A stretch of 64,000 bases of DNA, taken from assembly GCA_045604405.1 (NCBI GenBank), contig JAZUNZ010000047.1, positions 14,663-78,662 of the forward strand. The letters are read 5' to 3'. A program made the translations under genes and the position numbers. A model generated the notes under the pieces. That model searched no databases. It saw only the letters and a program-made list of their open reading frames with translations, and had not been told where the DNA came from. Shown one piece after another: positions 9,296-19,108 of the stretch (its first letter is position 1; the number at the start of each line of letters is the position of its first letter). This DNA comes from Clostridia bacterium. Its GTDB lineage: Bacteria > Bacillota > Clostridia > TANB77 > CAG-465.

Positions 9296-9850
9296 ATGAA
9301 AGAAAACAGAAAATGGATAATAACTACGTTTATAATAACATTTATTTTAGCTATGCTTTTTGGTGGAGTATCAAACGTAGTAATTGAAAAAATGAATCTA
9401 GTTATGGCAATTATAGTTCTTATACTAGTAGTAGTCATAGGTATAGTATTCGACATGATAGGAATGGCTATTGCAACGTGTGAAGAAGCACCGTTTCACG
9501 CAAAAGCCGCAAAAAAACATGGTGGAGCAAAAGAAGTTATAAAACTTTTAAAAGGAAAAGATAAAGCAACTAATGTATGTAATGACCTTATAGGAGATAT
9601 TTGCGGAATAGTATCTGGTAGTGCTGGCGCATTAGTAGCCGTAAAATTAAGTGTAATACTTAATGTCGATGTAGTAATTGTAAGTTTAGTACTAAGTGCT
9701 ATTGTAGCAATGATTACAGTTGGGTGTAAAGCAATTGGCAAAGGCATTTCTATGAATAATGCTGAAGCAATAATGAATATGGTAGGTTATGTACTGCATA
9801 TAGTAAAACCAATAAAAGAAACAAGTAAGAAAAAGGGAAAGACAGCTTAA
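9296..9850 (+). CDS. Small integral membrane protein (3-4 TM) of unknown function.
   Basis: Hydrophobic segments with a central amphipathic loop (CNDLIGDICGIVSGSAGALVAV). A terminator hairpin at 9826-9870 follows. Confidence 0.5.
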   Translation: MKENRKWIITTFIITFILAMLFGGVSNVVIEKMNLVMAIIVLILVVVIGIVFDMIGMAIATCEEAPFHAKAAKKHGGAKEVIKLLKGKDKATNVCNDLIGDICGIVSGSAGALVAVKLSVILNVDVVIVSLVLSAIVAMITVGCKAIGKGISMNNAEAIMNMVGYVLHIVKPIKETSKKKGKTA

Positions 9851-9911
9851 AGGTCTTTCTCTTTTTCTTGAATTTAACAATTATTTGTGATAGTATAAAG
9901 TTGGTGATAAT

Positions 9912-10409
9912 ATGAATAAGAAAATAGTAACAGTATTTTTATTGCTGGTTATAACAGTTGTTTTAATTTGTTTGGGAACGCTATTTAAAGATAAACAAAT
10001 GAATAGTCCTTTTTTGCCCTTTGAAGTAGAAGCTGGTAAATATATTGCAGTTATGTATATTGGAGGAAGTGAAGATAGTTATAACTATTCTTTGGTTCAG
10101 AAATATTATGAAAACAATGAATTTGATACTATAGATATAGGCGGCGAAGAAAAATATTTAATTATTCCATTAGGCAAACCGATATCTGTATTTTCCTTGA
10201 GTTTAACAGAAGATGGTGGAGTTGAAGAAAAACTTATACGAAAGAGTGTGATAGCACCTTTTTATATAAAGTGTAATATGTCAGATATTTTTTCGAATTG
10301 TTTGTTAAGAGTAATGGTAAATAATAAACAGTATAGTTATAGCCCGTATATTAGCTTGAAGGACGGAAGCGTTGTAGTAGAAGATTTTGTATACAATGTT
10401 AATAAATAA
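9912..10409 (+). CDS. Hypothetical membrane-anchored or secreted protein.
   Basis: N-terminal signal/TM segment MNKKIVTVFLLLVITVVLICLG. 165 aa. Confidence 0.45.
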   Translation: MNKKIVTVFLLLVITVVLICLGTLFKDKQMNSPFLPFEVEAGKYIAVMYIGGSEDSYNYSLVQKYYENNEFDTIDIGGEEKYLIIPLGKPISVFSLSLTEDGGVEEKLIRKSVIAPFYIKCNMSDIFSNCLLRVMVNNKQYSYSPYISLKDGSVVVEDFVYNVNK

Positions 10410-10429
10410 TATGTAATAGAGCTTGTGAC

Positions 10430-10948
10430 CTAATCGGTCATAAGCTCTATTATTTTACCATATAATTCATCTGCATTTTGCTTCCAGTTGTTAGAGATTC
10501 TCTTAGCATTTTCTTTATCTCCAGCAAATATAGTTAAATTTATTAACTCGTCATTTCCATCTTTAATAAAACAACTAACCTTGTACTCATCTTTTTTTAT
10601 TGGAAGAATTATTGTGTCTACCTCATAATCTTGCTTGTAATCTTCCATTTTTTCTTTTAATATGTTTTTCATATTAAGTAGGCTTATCCCAGGTACTAGC
10701 TCAATAAGCTCTGTTAAAATTTCTAAACCTAATTCTGTTAAAGTATAAAAAGTTTTGTCGTTTTCATATGTTTCGTTAATATATCCACTATTTTTTAGTG
10801 AGTCTATAAACATACAAATATCTATATAAGTTATATCGTCAAATTCTGAACATAGTTTGGATATTTGCTCGGTGCTTAAATGCACTTTAGATTCTTTTAA
10901 AACAAATAAAACTATGAGTCTTTTGTCAAATATATCCATATCTTGCAT
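10430..10948 (-). CDS. Hypothetical protein, possibly a winged-helix regulator-like protein.
   Basis: 172-aa ORF divergent from cmk. No catalytic motif recognised. Confidence 0.4.
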   Translation of the reverse strand: MQDMDIFDKRLIVLFVLKESKVHLSTEQISKLCSEFDDITYIDICMFIDSLKNSGYINETYENDKTFYTLTELGLEILTELIELVPGISLLNMKNILKEKMEDYKQDYEVDTIILPIKKDEYKVSCFIKDGNDELINLTIFAGDKENAKRISNNWKQNADELYGKIIELMTD

Positions 10949-11014
10949 TCAAATTCCCCCTTTACTTTGGGCTACATATATGATATCATAAAACATGTAA
11001 AAAATAAAGGGGGA

Positions 11015-11695
11015 ATGGACAAAGTGGGATATAAAATAACTATTGATGGACCATCTGGAACTGGCAAAGGATATGTAGCACATGAGATTTCAAAAAAACT
11101 TGGAATATTATATATAGACACTGGTGCAATGTATAGAGCGTTCAGCCTTTATTGTGAAAATAATAATGTAAGTTTGGAGGATGAAGCTAATATAAAGGCT
11201 GCACTCGAACGAGTAGATTTAGATTTAGTGTATGAAGGCGAAATGTTAAGAATTCTTCTAAATGGTGTCGATGTGTCACAGGATATTAGAAACGAACAAG
11301 TAGGATTATATGCATCAAAAGTTTCGGCTATTCCCATAGTAAGACAACATATGATACAAAGGCAAAGAGAACTTGCAGGTAAGAGCGATGTGGTAATGGA
11401 AGGCAGAGATATTGGCAGCGTTGTATTTCCAAACGCAGAACTAAAAATATTTTTAACAGCAGATGCAGCTGTTAGAGCAGAAAGAAGATATAAAGACTTG
11501 GTAAAAAAGGACAGACAGATAACATTTGAACAAGTCTTAGAGGATATAAAAAGAAGGGATGAAGCGGATTTAACAAGACCAATTTCACCTCTTATAAAAA
11601 CAGATGATATGATACAGATAGATACGACAAATTTAAATAAAGAACAAGTTGTAAGTGAAGTATTAAAATTAGTAAAACAAAAAGGATGGATTTAA
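11015..11695 (+). CDS. cmk: Cytidylate kinase.
   Basis: ITIDGPSGTGKGYVAHEI P-loop and an NMP-binding region. The start is taken at the internal ATG after a GGGGGA RBS. Confidence 0.9.
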   Translation: MDKVGYKITIDGPSGTGKGYVAHEISKKLGILYIDTGAMYRAFSLYCENNNVSLEDEANIKAALERVDLDLVYEGEMLRILLNGVDVSQDIRNEQVGLYASKVSAIPIVRQHMIQRQRELAGKSDVVMEGRDIGSVVFPNAELKIFLTADAAVRAERRYKDLVKKDRQITFEQVLEDIKRRDEADLTRPISPLIKTDDMIQIDTTNLNKEQVVSEVLKLVKQKGWI

Positions 11696-12268
11696 GTGAT
11701 AAAAACATTTAAAAATATAGTCAAAGTTATTGTATGCCGTGTATTTTATAAGGTGGAATATGAAGGAAGAGACAATATAGACTGTTCAAAAAATTATGTA
11801 TTTATGGCAAATCATGTAGGTTCAATGGATGCTGCGTTTATTTGGGCGGACATATTAAATCTTGGAATAATGGCAAAAGAAGAGCTTTTTAAGTTTAAAC
11901 CATTAGGTGCAATTTTTAAAGCCGCAGGCGTATTCCCTATAGCAAGGGGTAAAAAAGATTTTAGCCATGTATTCCATGCAGTAAATGTAGTAAATAAAGA
12001 GAAAAAGAATCTTTTAATATTTCCAGAGGGAACAAGAAAAGCAAGACTAAAAAATGTAAAAGCAAAAAACGGAGCAGTATATGTTGCGGCAACAGCAGGC
12101 GTAGATGTAATTCCTGTTCATATAACAGAGGATATAAAGATATTTGGAAAAGTTAAAATAACATATGGTGCGCCGGTAACACTAAATGTAACTAAAGAGA
12201 ATGTAAAGGACAAGGCTCTTTTAACTAAAGAAACAGAAAGAATAATGGATATTATATATGGAAGGTAA
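11696..12268 (+). CDS. plsC: 1-acyl-sn-glycerol-3-phosphate acyltransferase.
   Basis: Acyltransferase motifs NHVGSMD (H-x4-D) and FPEGTR. Confidence 0.85.
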   Translation: MIKTFKNIVKVIVCRVFYKVEYEGRDNIDCSKNYVFMANHVGSMDAAFIWADILNLGIMAKEELFKFKPLGAIFKAAGVFPIARGKKDFSHVFHAVNVVNKEKKNLLIFPEGTRKARLKNVKAKNGAVYVAATAGVDVIPVHITEDIKIFGKVKITYGAPVTLNVTKENVKDKALLTKETERIMDIIYGR

Positions 12269-12274
12269 AAGATT

Positions 12275-12865
12275 ATGCTAAATGAAACAAAGTTAGAAAA
12301 GATAAAAACTAAAGCAAGAGAAAACCATGTGCCAATATTACAAGATGCGTCACTAGCATATATAAAAACATTGCTTGAAATTAGAAAGCCAGAAAGTATT
12401 TTAGAGGTAGGAACAGCAGTGGGATATTCAGCATTAGAGTTTTCAAAACACCTAAAAGAAAATGGTAAAATAATAACTATGGAGTTAAATGAAGCTACAG
12501 CAAATATTGCAAAAGAAAATATAAAAGACTTAGGCATGGAAAATGTAATAGAGGTAGTAAATAAAGATGCATATGAATACATGAAAACATTAACAGGTCA
12601 GTTTGATGTTGTGTTTATAGATGCAGCAAAAGGTCAGTACATGAAGTATTTAAAAGAGGCGTTACGTCTTACTAAACCAGGCTCTTTAATTATTGCAGAT
12701 AATGTTCTTTTAAGAGGTATGGTTATGAGCGACTACAACGAGCATAAGCATAGAACAGCGGTCACAAGACTTAGAGAATATATAAAGGAGGTTACTACTA
12801 ATCCAAATCTAGTATCGTGTGTAATGGATGTAGGAGATGGAGTAGCAGTATCTGTAGTTAAGTAG
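12275..12865 (+). CDS. Class I SAM-dependent O-methyltransferase, family 3 (YrrM/TrmR-like).
   Basis: ILEVGTAVGYSAL SAM motif. 196 aa, caffeoyl-CoA-OMT-like fold. Confidence 0.75.
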   Translation: MLNETKLEKIKTKARENHVPILQDASLAYIKTLLEIRKPESILEVGTAVGYSALEFSKHLKENGKIITMELNEATANIAKENIKDLGMENVIEVVNKDAYEYMKTLTGQFDVVFIDAAKGQYMKYLKEALRLTKPGSLIIADNVLLRGMVMSDYNEHKHRTAVTRLREYIKEVTTNPNLVSCVMDVGDGVAVSVVK

Positions 12866-12921
12866 CAAGAACTAAAATTTAACATATAATACACTGAAAG
12901 TAAAATGGAGGTGTATTTTTT

Positions 12922-13824
12922 GTGGGCATAGGTCTTGCGTTAAGTGGCGGTGGCGCAAAAGGGATGGCACATATTGGGGTAATTGAAGCTTTAAAAGACT
13001 ACGGAATAAACATAGATTATATTTCAGGTACAAGTTCTGGTAGCATAATAGCAGCTCTTTATGCAGTAGGCTGTACACCAAACGAAATGTTAGAATTAGT
13101 AAACAGAAATATGAATAGAATTATAGATATAGATAGAAATGTTGGATTTAAGCTTTTAGGGACGCTTATGAGTAAAAGAGTAAGTATAAAGGGCTTCATA
13201 AAAGGAAATAACCTTGAAAAATTATTAAGATATATATTAAGACAGAAAAATGTAGAAGACATTTCAGATGTAAAATTTCCACTTGCAATTCCTGCTGTAG
13301 ATTTAAATACGGGAGAAATTGCATATTTTTGGAACAAGCAAGAGGATGGCAGAATAAATTTAGTACAAGACAATAATGGTTATGATGATGAACCATCATA
13401 CCATACAAAAGGTGAGCTTGCAAGTGTTATTAGAGCAAGTTGTAGCGTCCCAGGAGTATTTGAACCTAAGAAGATAAATGACAATTACTATGTAGACGGT
13501 GGAGTTAGAGTAAATACTCCTGTAGAAGTGTTAAGAAAGATGGGAGCGGATAAAATAATTGCAGTTACATTTGACTGCAATAAAAAGACTGCATTTAGTA
13601 TTGAAAATGTTGTAGGAATATCATCGCAAGCATTTAACATAATGACGCATTCTTCTAATATGGAGGAAATAAATACAGCAGATGTGAATGTACATCTGTG
13701 TCTTAACAATGTATCATTATTAGATATATCTAAAGCTACTTATGCAGCAAAAAGAGGGTATAATATAGTAGCTAAAAATATTATTAAAATTAAAGAACTG
13801 TTAGGCATAAAACAAGACATGTGA
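12922..13824 (+). CDS. Patatin-like phospholipase.
   Basis: GGGAKG glycine-rich loop, GTSSG (G-x-S-x-G) nucleophile elbow, and a downstream DGG. Confidence 0.85.
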   Translation: MGIGLALSGGGAKGMAHIGVIEALKDYGINIDYISGTSSGSIIAALYAVGCTPNEMLELVNRNMNRIIDIDRNVGFKLLGTLMSKRVSIKGFIKGNNLEKLLRYILRQKNVEDISDVKFPLAIPAVDLNTGEIAYFWNKQEDGRINLVQDNNGYDDEPSYHTKGELASVIRASCSVPGVFEPKKINDNYYVDGGVRVNTPVEVLRKMGADKIIAVTFDCNKKTAFSIENVVGISSQAFNIMTHSSNMEEINTADVNVHLCLNNVSLLDISKATYAAKRGYNIVAKNIIKIKELLGIKQDM

Positions 13825-13865
13825 TTAAACACATGTCTTATATATTGCTATATAGTTTCATTTAG

Positions 13866-14528
13866 TTATATTAAACACATAACTGAAAAGAAATGACATA
13901 TAGATCCGCCTAGTACAAACAAATGGAATATTGAATGGAAGTATGGTACTTTTTTAAATGCATAGAAGATAACTCCTACTGTATAAGCAATTCCGCCTGC
14001 TAGTAAAAAGTATAAGGTAGACATTGAATTTACAGCTCTAAGTCCAGCCACAAAATCTTTTGCTATAAACATTATACTCCAGCCCATAACCAAGTATAAT
14101 ACTACATGTAGTATCTTTAACTTTTTAGGGAAACAAGCATAAAGGACAACTCCTAAAATTGCTGCGGCCCATATAGCACATACTAGTATTATCATTTTGG
14201 CACCAACCATATCAATAAGTGAAAAACATATTGGAGTAAATGTTCCTGCGATTAGAACATATATTGAGCAGTGGTCTAATACTTTAAATACTTTTTTTGC
14301 CCTTTCATTTGTTAGGGCGTGGTATAAAGTGGATATCGTGTAAAGGATGATTAAAGTTGCACCAAATATACACACTCCAACTATATCTAAAGCACTACCA
14401 TTTCCGATGGCTGCAAATACTATCATTAAAACTAGAGCAGCAACTCCAAGAGCAGCTCCAACTGTATGTGAAACCCAGTTAAATATTTCTTCACCTTTTG
14501 TATAACCGTATAAATTTCTTGTAGTCAT
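13866..14528 (-). CDS. Hemolysin III / PAQR family membrane protein.
   Basis: 7-TM profile with conserved His residues (YHAL, HxxxH-like), 220 aa. Confidence 0.75.
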   Translation of the reverse strand: MTTRNLYGYTKGEEIFNWVSHTVGAALGVAALVLMIVFAAIGNGSALDIVGVCIFGATLIILYTISTLYHALTNERAKKVFKVLDHCSIYVLIAGTFTPICFSLIDMVGAKMIILVCAIWAAAILGVVLYACFPKKLKILHVVLYLVMGWSIMFIAKDFVAGLRAVNSMSTLYFLLAGGIAYTVGVIFYAFKKVPYFHSIFHLFVLGGSICHFFSVMCLI

Positions 14529-14732
14529 TTTTTACCTCCGGACATTATTATACCACAACTTGTATTATTATGGTAGAATGGGAGGCAATATAATTATGTG
14601 AAATTTTTGTCTAAACATTAAGCTTTATGTCACAAAACCGCATTTATTTGTTTTCTATATTATTTTCTATCAAATAGAGTTTGCAAATTACATATGACTA
14701 TGTTAAAATAAATACATTGAAGGTGAAGTAAA

Positions 14733-16052
14733 ATGAGTGAAAAAATAAGTAAAATAAAACCAAGAAACTTGGCGGGATTTCTAGAATTATTACCTAGTGA
14801 CCAAGTTTTGTTTAATAAAATATATGATAAGATACGTTTGTCTTATGAAAAATTTGGATTTACTCCATTAGATACGCCAATATTGGAATATTCTGATGTA
14901 CTTCTTGCAAAAGCAGGTGGTGAAACAGAAAAGCAAATATATAGATTTGAAAAGGGAGATACAGATATATCAATGCGTTTTGATTTAACGGTACCTCTAG
15001 CTAAGTATGTTGCAATGCATAGTGGAGAAATAGCATTTCCATTTAGAAGATATCAAATGGGTAAAGTGTTTAGAGGGGAAAGAACGCAAAAAGGAAGATT
15101 TAGAGAATTTTATCAATGTGATATAGATGTTATTGGCGACGAAACTTTAAGCATTATGACAGATGCAGAACTTCCAGCTATAATATATGATACATTTACT
15201 AGTCTTGGTTTTAATAATTTTACAATACGCATAAATAATAGAAAAATATTAAATGGATTTTTTGACTCGCTTGCATTAACTCAAAAAGCAGCAGATATTT
15301 TAAGAGTGATAGATAAGATAGACAAGATAGGAAAACAAGCGGTAGAAGAAGAATTAGAAAAGTTAGAAATAACAAAAACGACAATTGATACAATTATGCA
15401 GTTTATTACAATAAAGGGTTCACAAGATGAAGTAATTAAGGCTTTAAATAAATTGGGTGTAGATAATGAAGTTTATGCAGAAGGTGTAGCAGAATTAGAA
15501 CAAGTAGTAAATGGAATTAGAGCATTTGGCGTGCCAGATAATAATTTTAGAATAGACTTAACAATTGCCAGAGGATTAGATTATTATACAGGAACTGTTT
15601 ATGAAACAATTTTAAATGATTATCCAGAGATGGGAAGTGTATGCTCTGGTGGTAGATATGATAACCTAGCAGAATATTATACAAACAAAAAGCTTCCTGG
15701 TGTTGGTATTTCAATAGGACTATCAAGGCTATTCTATCAACTAAAAGAAGCAGAGATTATTAAAGCTAAAGAGGCTACAACAGCCAAGGTTATGGTGCTT
15801 CCAATGCTTGAGGATATGTCATATGCATTAAGCACTGCGACTGTGTTAAGACAAGCTGGAATAAATACAGAAGTAAACTATACTAAAAAGAGTGTAAAGG
15901 CTATGATGAACTATGCAAATAGAATTGGTGTAGAATATGTAATAATTGTTGGTGAAGATGAACAAAAACAAAATCTTGTGACAATAAAAAATATGGAAAC
16001 AGGCAGTCAAGAGCTTTGTAGCTTAGATAAAGCAATTGAAATGTTGAAATAA
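14733..16052 (+). CDS. Histidyl-tRNA synthetase paralog. It has the class II core and the anticodon-binding domain, but an atypical N-terminus.
   Basis: Motif 2-like FRGERTQKGRFREFYQCDIDVIG and a C-terminal HGPT-type anticodon-binding domain. No T-box is seen in the 200-nt leader. Confidence 0.7.
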   Translation: MSEKISKIKPRNLAGFLELLPSDQVLFNKIYDKIRLSYEKFGFTPLDTPILEYSDVLLAKAGGETEKQIYRFEKGDTDISMRFDLTVPLAKYVAMHSGEIAFPFRRYQMGKVFRGERTQKGRFREFYQCDIDVIGDETLSIMTDAELPAIIYDTFTSLGFNNFTIRINNRKILNGFFDSLALTQKAADILRVIDKIDKIGKQAVEEELEKLEITKTTIDTIMQFITIKGSQDEVIKALNKLGVDNEVYAEGVAELEQVVNGIRAFGVPDNNFRIDLTIARGLDYYTGTVYETILNDYPEMGSVCSGGRYDNLAEYYTNKKLPGVGISIGLSRLFYQLKEAEIIKAKEATTAKVMVLPMLEDMSYALSTATVLRQAGINTEVNYTKKSVKAMMNYANRIGVEYVIIVGEDEQKQNLVTIKNMETGSQELCSLDKAIEMLK

Positions 16053-16100
16053 TGAAAAAACAGTTGAAAATATTATAAAATTGGAGTATAATGAATATAA

Positions 16101-16210
16101 TATTAATAGTACTTTATGTACTATTACAAAAAGTTGGAATACCCTTGCCGTAGTAGGGAATTAAAAAAGTTTTAGTAAGGTAAAATACCTTACTATTTTT
16201 TGTCGAATTT
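16101..16210 (+). ncRNA. Candidate type III antitoxin RNA (ToxI/antiQ-like) ending in an intrinsic terminator.
   Basis: Promoter TTGAAA-17-TATAAT at 16065-16094. Three degenerate units of about 36 nt each contain TAGTA and a hairpin (AATAGTACtttatGTACTATT; CCCTtgccgtagtAGGG; TAGTAAGGTAaaaTACCTTACTA followed by T6). Confidence 0.4.
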
Positions 16211-16291
16211 TGCGATGAAAAGTTAGTGAAAAACGATTGGCAAACAAACGTTCTTAAAGTATAATGAATCCAATTAATATGAGGAGGATTT

Positions 16292-16702
16292 ATGAAAAAT
16301 TTAAAATTATATTATATTGAAGATGAATATATTAATTATTTAAGACGTTGGGATAAAAAAGTTGCGTACAACAAAAACAAGGGAAGACCATATGTGGGTG
16401 TGGTGTATTCGCACGAAGGTACAGATTACTTTGTACCATTACATTCACCAAAAGAAAAACATAAGATGATTAACGATAAAGCTGTAGATATATATAAAAT
16501 TAAAAGTGGAGAATTAGGTGTAGTAAACATTAATAATATGATACCGGTTCCTATGAGTGTGTTGTCTGAAGTGCTACCATTAATAACTGATAGAAAATAT
16601 AAAGCTTTATTAGAAAATCAACTGACTTTTTTGAATAACAACAAAAGAGAACTATATAAAAAGATATCATGGTTTATCTTTTTGTATCAAAAGGGAAGAT
16701 AA
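16292..16702 (+). CDS. toxN: Type III toxin-antitoxin endoribonuclease toxin, ToxN/AbiQ family.
   Basis: YIEDEYINYLRRWD..RPYVGVV..YFVPLHSPKEKHK..GVVNINNMIPV..ALLENQLTFL is collinear with AbiQ/ToxN. It has its own promoter, TTGGCA-17-TATAAT. Confidence 0.8.
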   Translation: MKNLKLYYIEDEYINYLRRWDKKVAYNKNKGRPYVGVVYSHEGTDYFVPLHSPKEKHKMINDKAVDIYKIKSGELGVVNINNMIPVPMSVLSEVLPLITDRKYKALLENQLTFLNNNKRELYKKISWFIFLYQKGR

Positions 16703-16920
16703 AATGAAAGAATATTAAATAGATGTTGTGATTTTCAGTTGTTAGAATCGAAGTGTTTAGAATACAAAAAGAACAATAAATAATGATGGGCATTTTAACA
16801 AAAACATGAACCTAGCACAAAAACTTAACAATTTTTGCTTGACATTGACTTTAACATAATATATAATATTTGAGTAATGAAGAAAACTAGATATTTATTT
16901 ACTTAAAGGAGGGAAATAAA

Positions 16921-17118
16921 ATGGCACAACCAAAAAGAAGATGGTCAAAAGCTAGAACAGCACTTCGTCGTTCTACATGGAAATTAGAAGAAAAATCACT
17001 TGCAACATGTGAAGCATGTGGAGAAGTTATACTTCCACACAAAGCTTGCCCTGCTTGTGGTAAATACAATAAAAGACAAGTAGTTGAAATAAAGGCTAAA
17101 AAAGAAGAAAATAAGTAA
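16921..17118 (+). CDS. rpmF: 50S ribosomal protein L32.
   Basis: MAQPKRRWSKARTALRR plus a CxxC..CxxC zinc ribbon. Promoter TTGACA/TATAAT upstream. Confidence 0.93.
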   Translation: MAQPKRRWSKARTALRRSTWKLEEKSLATCEACGEVILPHKACPACGKYNKRQVVEIKAKKEENK

Positions 17119-17173
17119 GAAAATAAGTAATATAGACCTCACGATAAAGTGAGGTTTTGTTTTTAGGTGAGTT

Positions 17174-17842
17174 ATGAACAAATTGAAAGTTATATATGAA
17201 GACAATCACGTTATAGTTGTAATAAAACCAAGTGGAATTCCATCTCAGGCAGATGAGTCTGGGGACTTAGACATGTTAACTTTAGTTAAAGAGTATATAA
17301 AAGAAAAATATAACAAACCAGGAAATGTTTATGTAGGCCTGGTACACAGATTAGACAGAATGACATCTGGACTTATGGTGTTTGCTAAAACATCAAAAGG
17401 AGCAAGTAGACTTTCTAATTCAATACGCGAAGGGGATTTTAAAAAGGAATATTTGGCCGTTATAACAGGTAAATTGGAGGGCGTTGGAAAACTTCAAAAT
17501 TACCTTTTTAAAGATGAAAGAACAAATATAAGCAGTGTTGTAGGGGAAGGTAAGAAAAATGCGAAACTTGCAGAACTAGAGTATAAAGTCATGGGTCATA
17601 CTATATATAATAATAAAGAATATACATATGTTAGAATAAAGCTATATACTGGGCGCCACCATCAAATAAGAGCACAATTTTCTAACATAAATCATCCGTT
17701 GTATGGAGATATAAAGTATGGTGGAATAAAAGGAGATTTAGCGCTTGTAGCATGTAGTTTGAAATTTATTCATCCGACTAAAGATGATGTAATGGAATTT
17801 GAGTATTTTCCAGATAAAGAAAATATATGGAGGGATATGTAA
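17174..17842 (+). CDS. RluA-family pseudouridine synthase.
   Basis: HRLDRMTSGLMVFAKT catalytic-Asp motif. Confidence 0.85.
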   Translation: MNKLKVIYEDNHVIVVIKPSGIPSQADESGDLDMLTLVKEYIKEKYNKPGNVYVGLVHRLDRMTSGLMVFAKTSKGASRLSNSIREGDFKKEYLAVITGKLEGVGKLQNYLFKDERTNISSVVGEGKKNAKLAELEYKVMGHTIYNNKEYTYVRIKLYTGRHHQIRAQFSNINHPLYGDIKYGGIKGDLALVACSLKFIHPTKDDVMEFEYFPDKENIWRDM

Positions 17843-18949
17843 TTGGAACTTGCGGATATAAAAAACAGACTTGCAGAATTTGCAAGTACAATTAATGAAA
17901 TTAAAGAAACTTTAAAAATAGATTTAAAGCAAGAAACTTTAAAAAAGCTTGAACAAAAAACAATGGAAAATGGATTTTGGGAAGATAGTAAAACAAGTTC
18001 AGAAATTTTAAAACAAATCAAAGATTTGAAGATAGAATTAAGTGCTTTTGAAAAAGTATATTCTATATATGAGAATCTAGAAATAACTTATGAGCTTTTA
18101 AAAGAAGAACAAGAAGATAGCTTGTTGCAAGAGATAGTAAAAGAGATAAGTGGTTTAGAGAGTAAAGTAGAAAAGCTTAGAATTTCTTCACTTCTTTCAG
18201 ATGAGTACGATAATCTAAATGCCATTATAACCATACATGCGGGCGCGGGTGGAACAGAATCTCAAGACTGGGCTGAAATGCTAAATAGAATGTATCTTAG
18301 ATGGTGTGAAAGAAATGGTTTTGAGTACATCCTTTACGATATGCAAGAAGGTGATGAGGCAGGAATAAAAAGTGTTACATTTGCAGTTAAAGGAATGTAT
18401 GCTTATGGTTATCTAAAATCTGAAAAAGGCGTGCATAGATTAGTAAGAATATCTCCATTTGATGCAAACAAAAGAAGACATACTTCTTTTGCAGCATTAG
18501 ATGTAATGCCAGAGATAGAAGATAACGTAGAAATTGAAATTAGAGCTGAGGATATAGAAATGGACACGTATAGAGCATCTGGCGCAGGAGGGCAACACGT
18601 TAATAAAACGGATTCTGCCGTAAGACTAAAACATATACCTACAGGAATAGTTGTATCATGTCAAACAGAACGCTCTCAAATACAAAATAAAGAAACATGT
18701 ATGAAAATGTTAAGAGCGAAACTTTATCAATATGAGCTAAATAAAACACAAGAAAGACTAAAAGAAATAAAAGGTGAACTTACGGAAAATGGTTGGGGAA
18801 ACCAAATAAGGTCATATGTATTTTGTCCATATACTTTAGTAAAGGATCATAGAACAAATTATGAAGTGGGAAACGTACAAGGCGTAATGGATGGAGATAT
18901 AGATGAATTTATATCTGCATATTTAAAATACAATGCAAAAAAACAATAA
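17843..18949 (+). CDS. prfB: Peptide chain release factor 2, encoded as a single uninterrupted frame with a TTG start.
   Basis: SPF tripeptide ([12 protein letters not shown]) and GGQ motif ([17 protein letters not shown]). The N-terminus [13 protein letters not shown] is continuous with the body. Confidence 0.93.
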   Translation: MELADIKNRLAEFASTINEIKETLKIDLKQETLKKLEQKTMENGFWEDSKTSSEILKQIKDLKIELSAFEKVYSIYENLEITYELLKEEQEDSLLQEIVKEISGLESKVEKLRISSLLSDEYDNLNAIITIHAGAGGTESQDWAEMLNRMYLRWCERNGFEYILYDMQEGDEAGIKSVTFAVKGMYAYGYLKSEKGVHRLVRISPFDANKRRHTSFAALDVMPEIEDNVEIEIRAEDIEMDTYRASGAGGQHVNKTDSAVRLKHIPTGIVVSCQTERSQIQNKETCMKMLRAKLYQYELNKTQERLKEIKGELTENGWGNQIRSYVFCPYTLVKDHRTNYEVGNVQGVMDGDIDEFISAYLKYNAKKQ

Positions 18950-19108
18950 AATAGAATTGAATAAAAATACAAAAAATAAAAATAGATATTTATAAGTGGA
19001 ATTTCCAAATTTTTATACTAGTAAGTATAAATAATATGTGGTATAATATACTGTAATTGTAAAAGTATATTATATCATTTTTTTGTGCGTATACTCTAGG
19101 GGGATGCT

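Noticed and set aside
12118-12582. 154-aa minus-strand ORF.
   Set aside because: It is antisense to plsC and the O-methyltransferase, is hydrophobic and low-complexity, and has no RBS.
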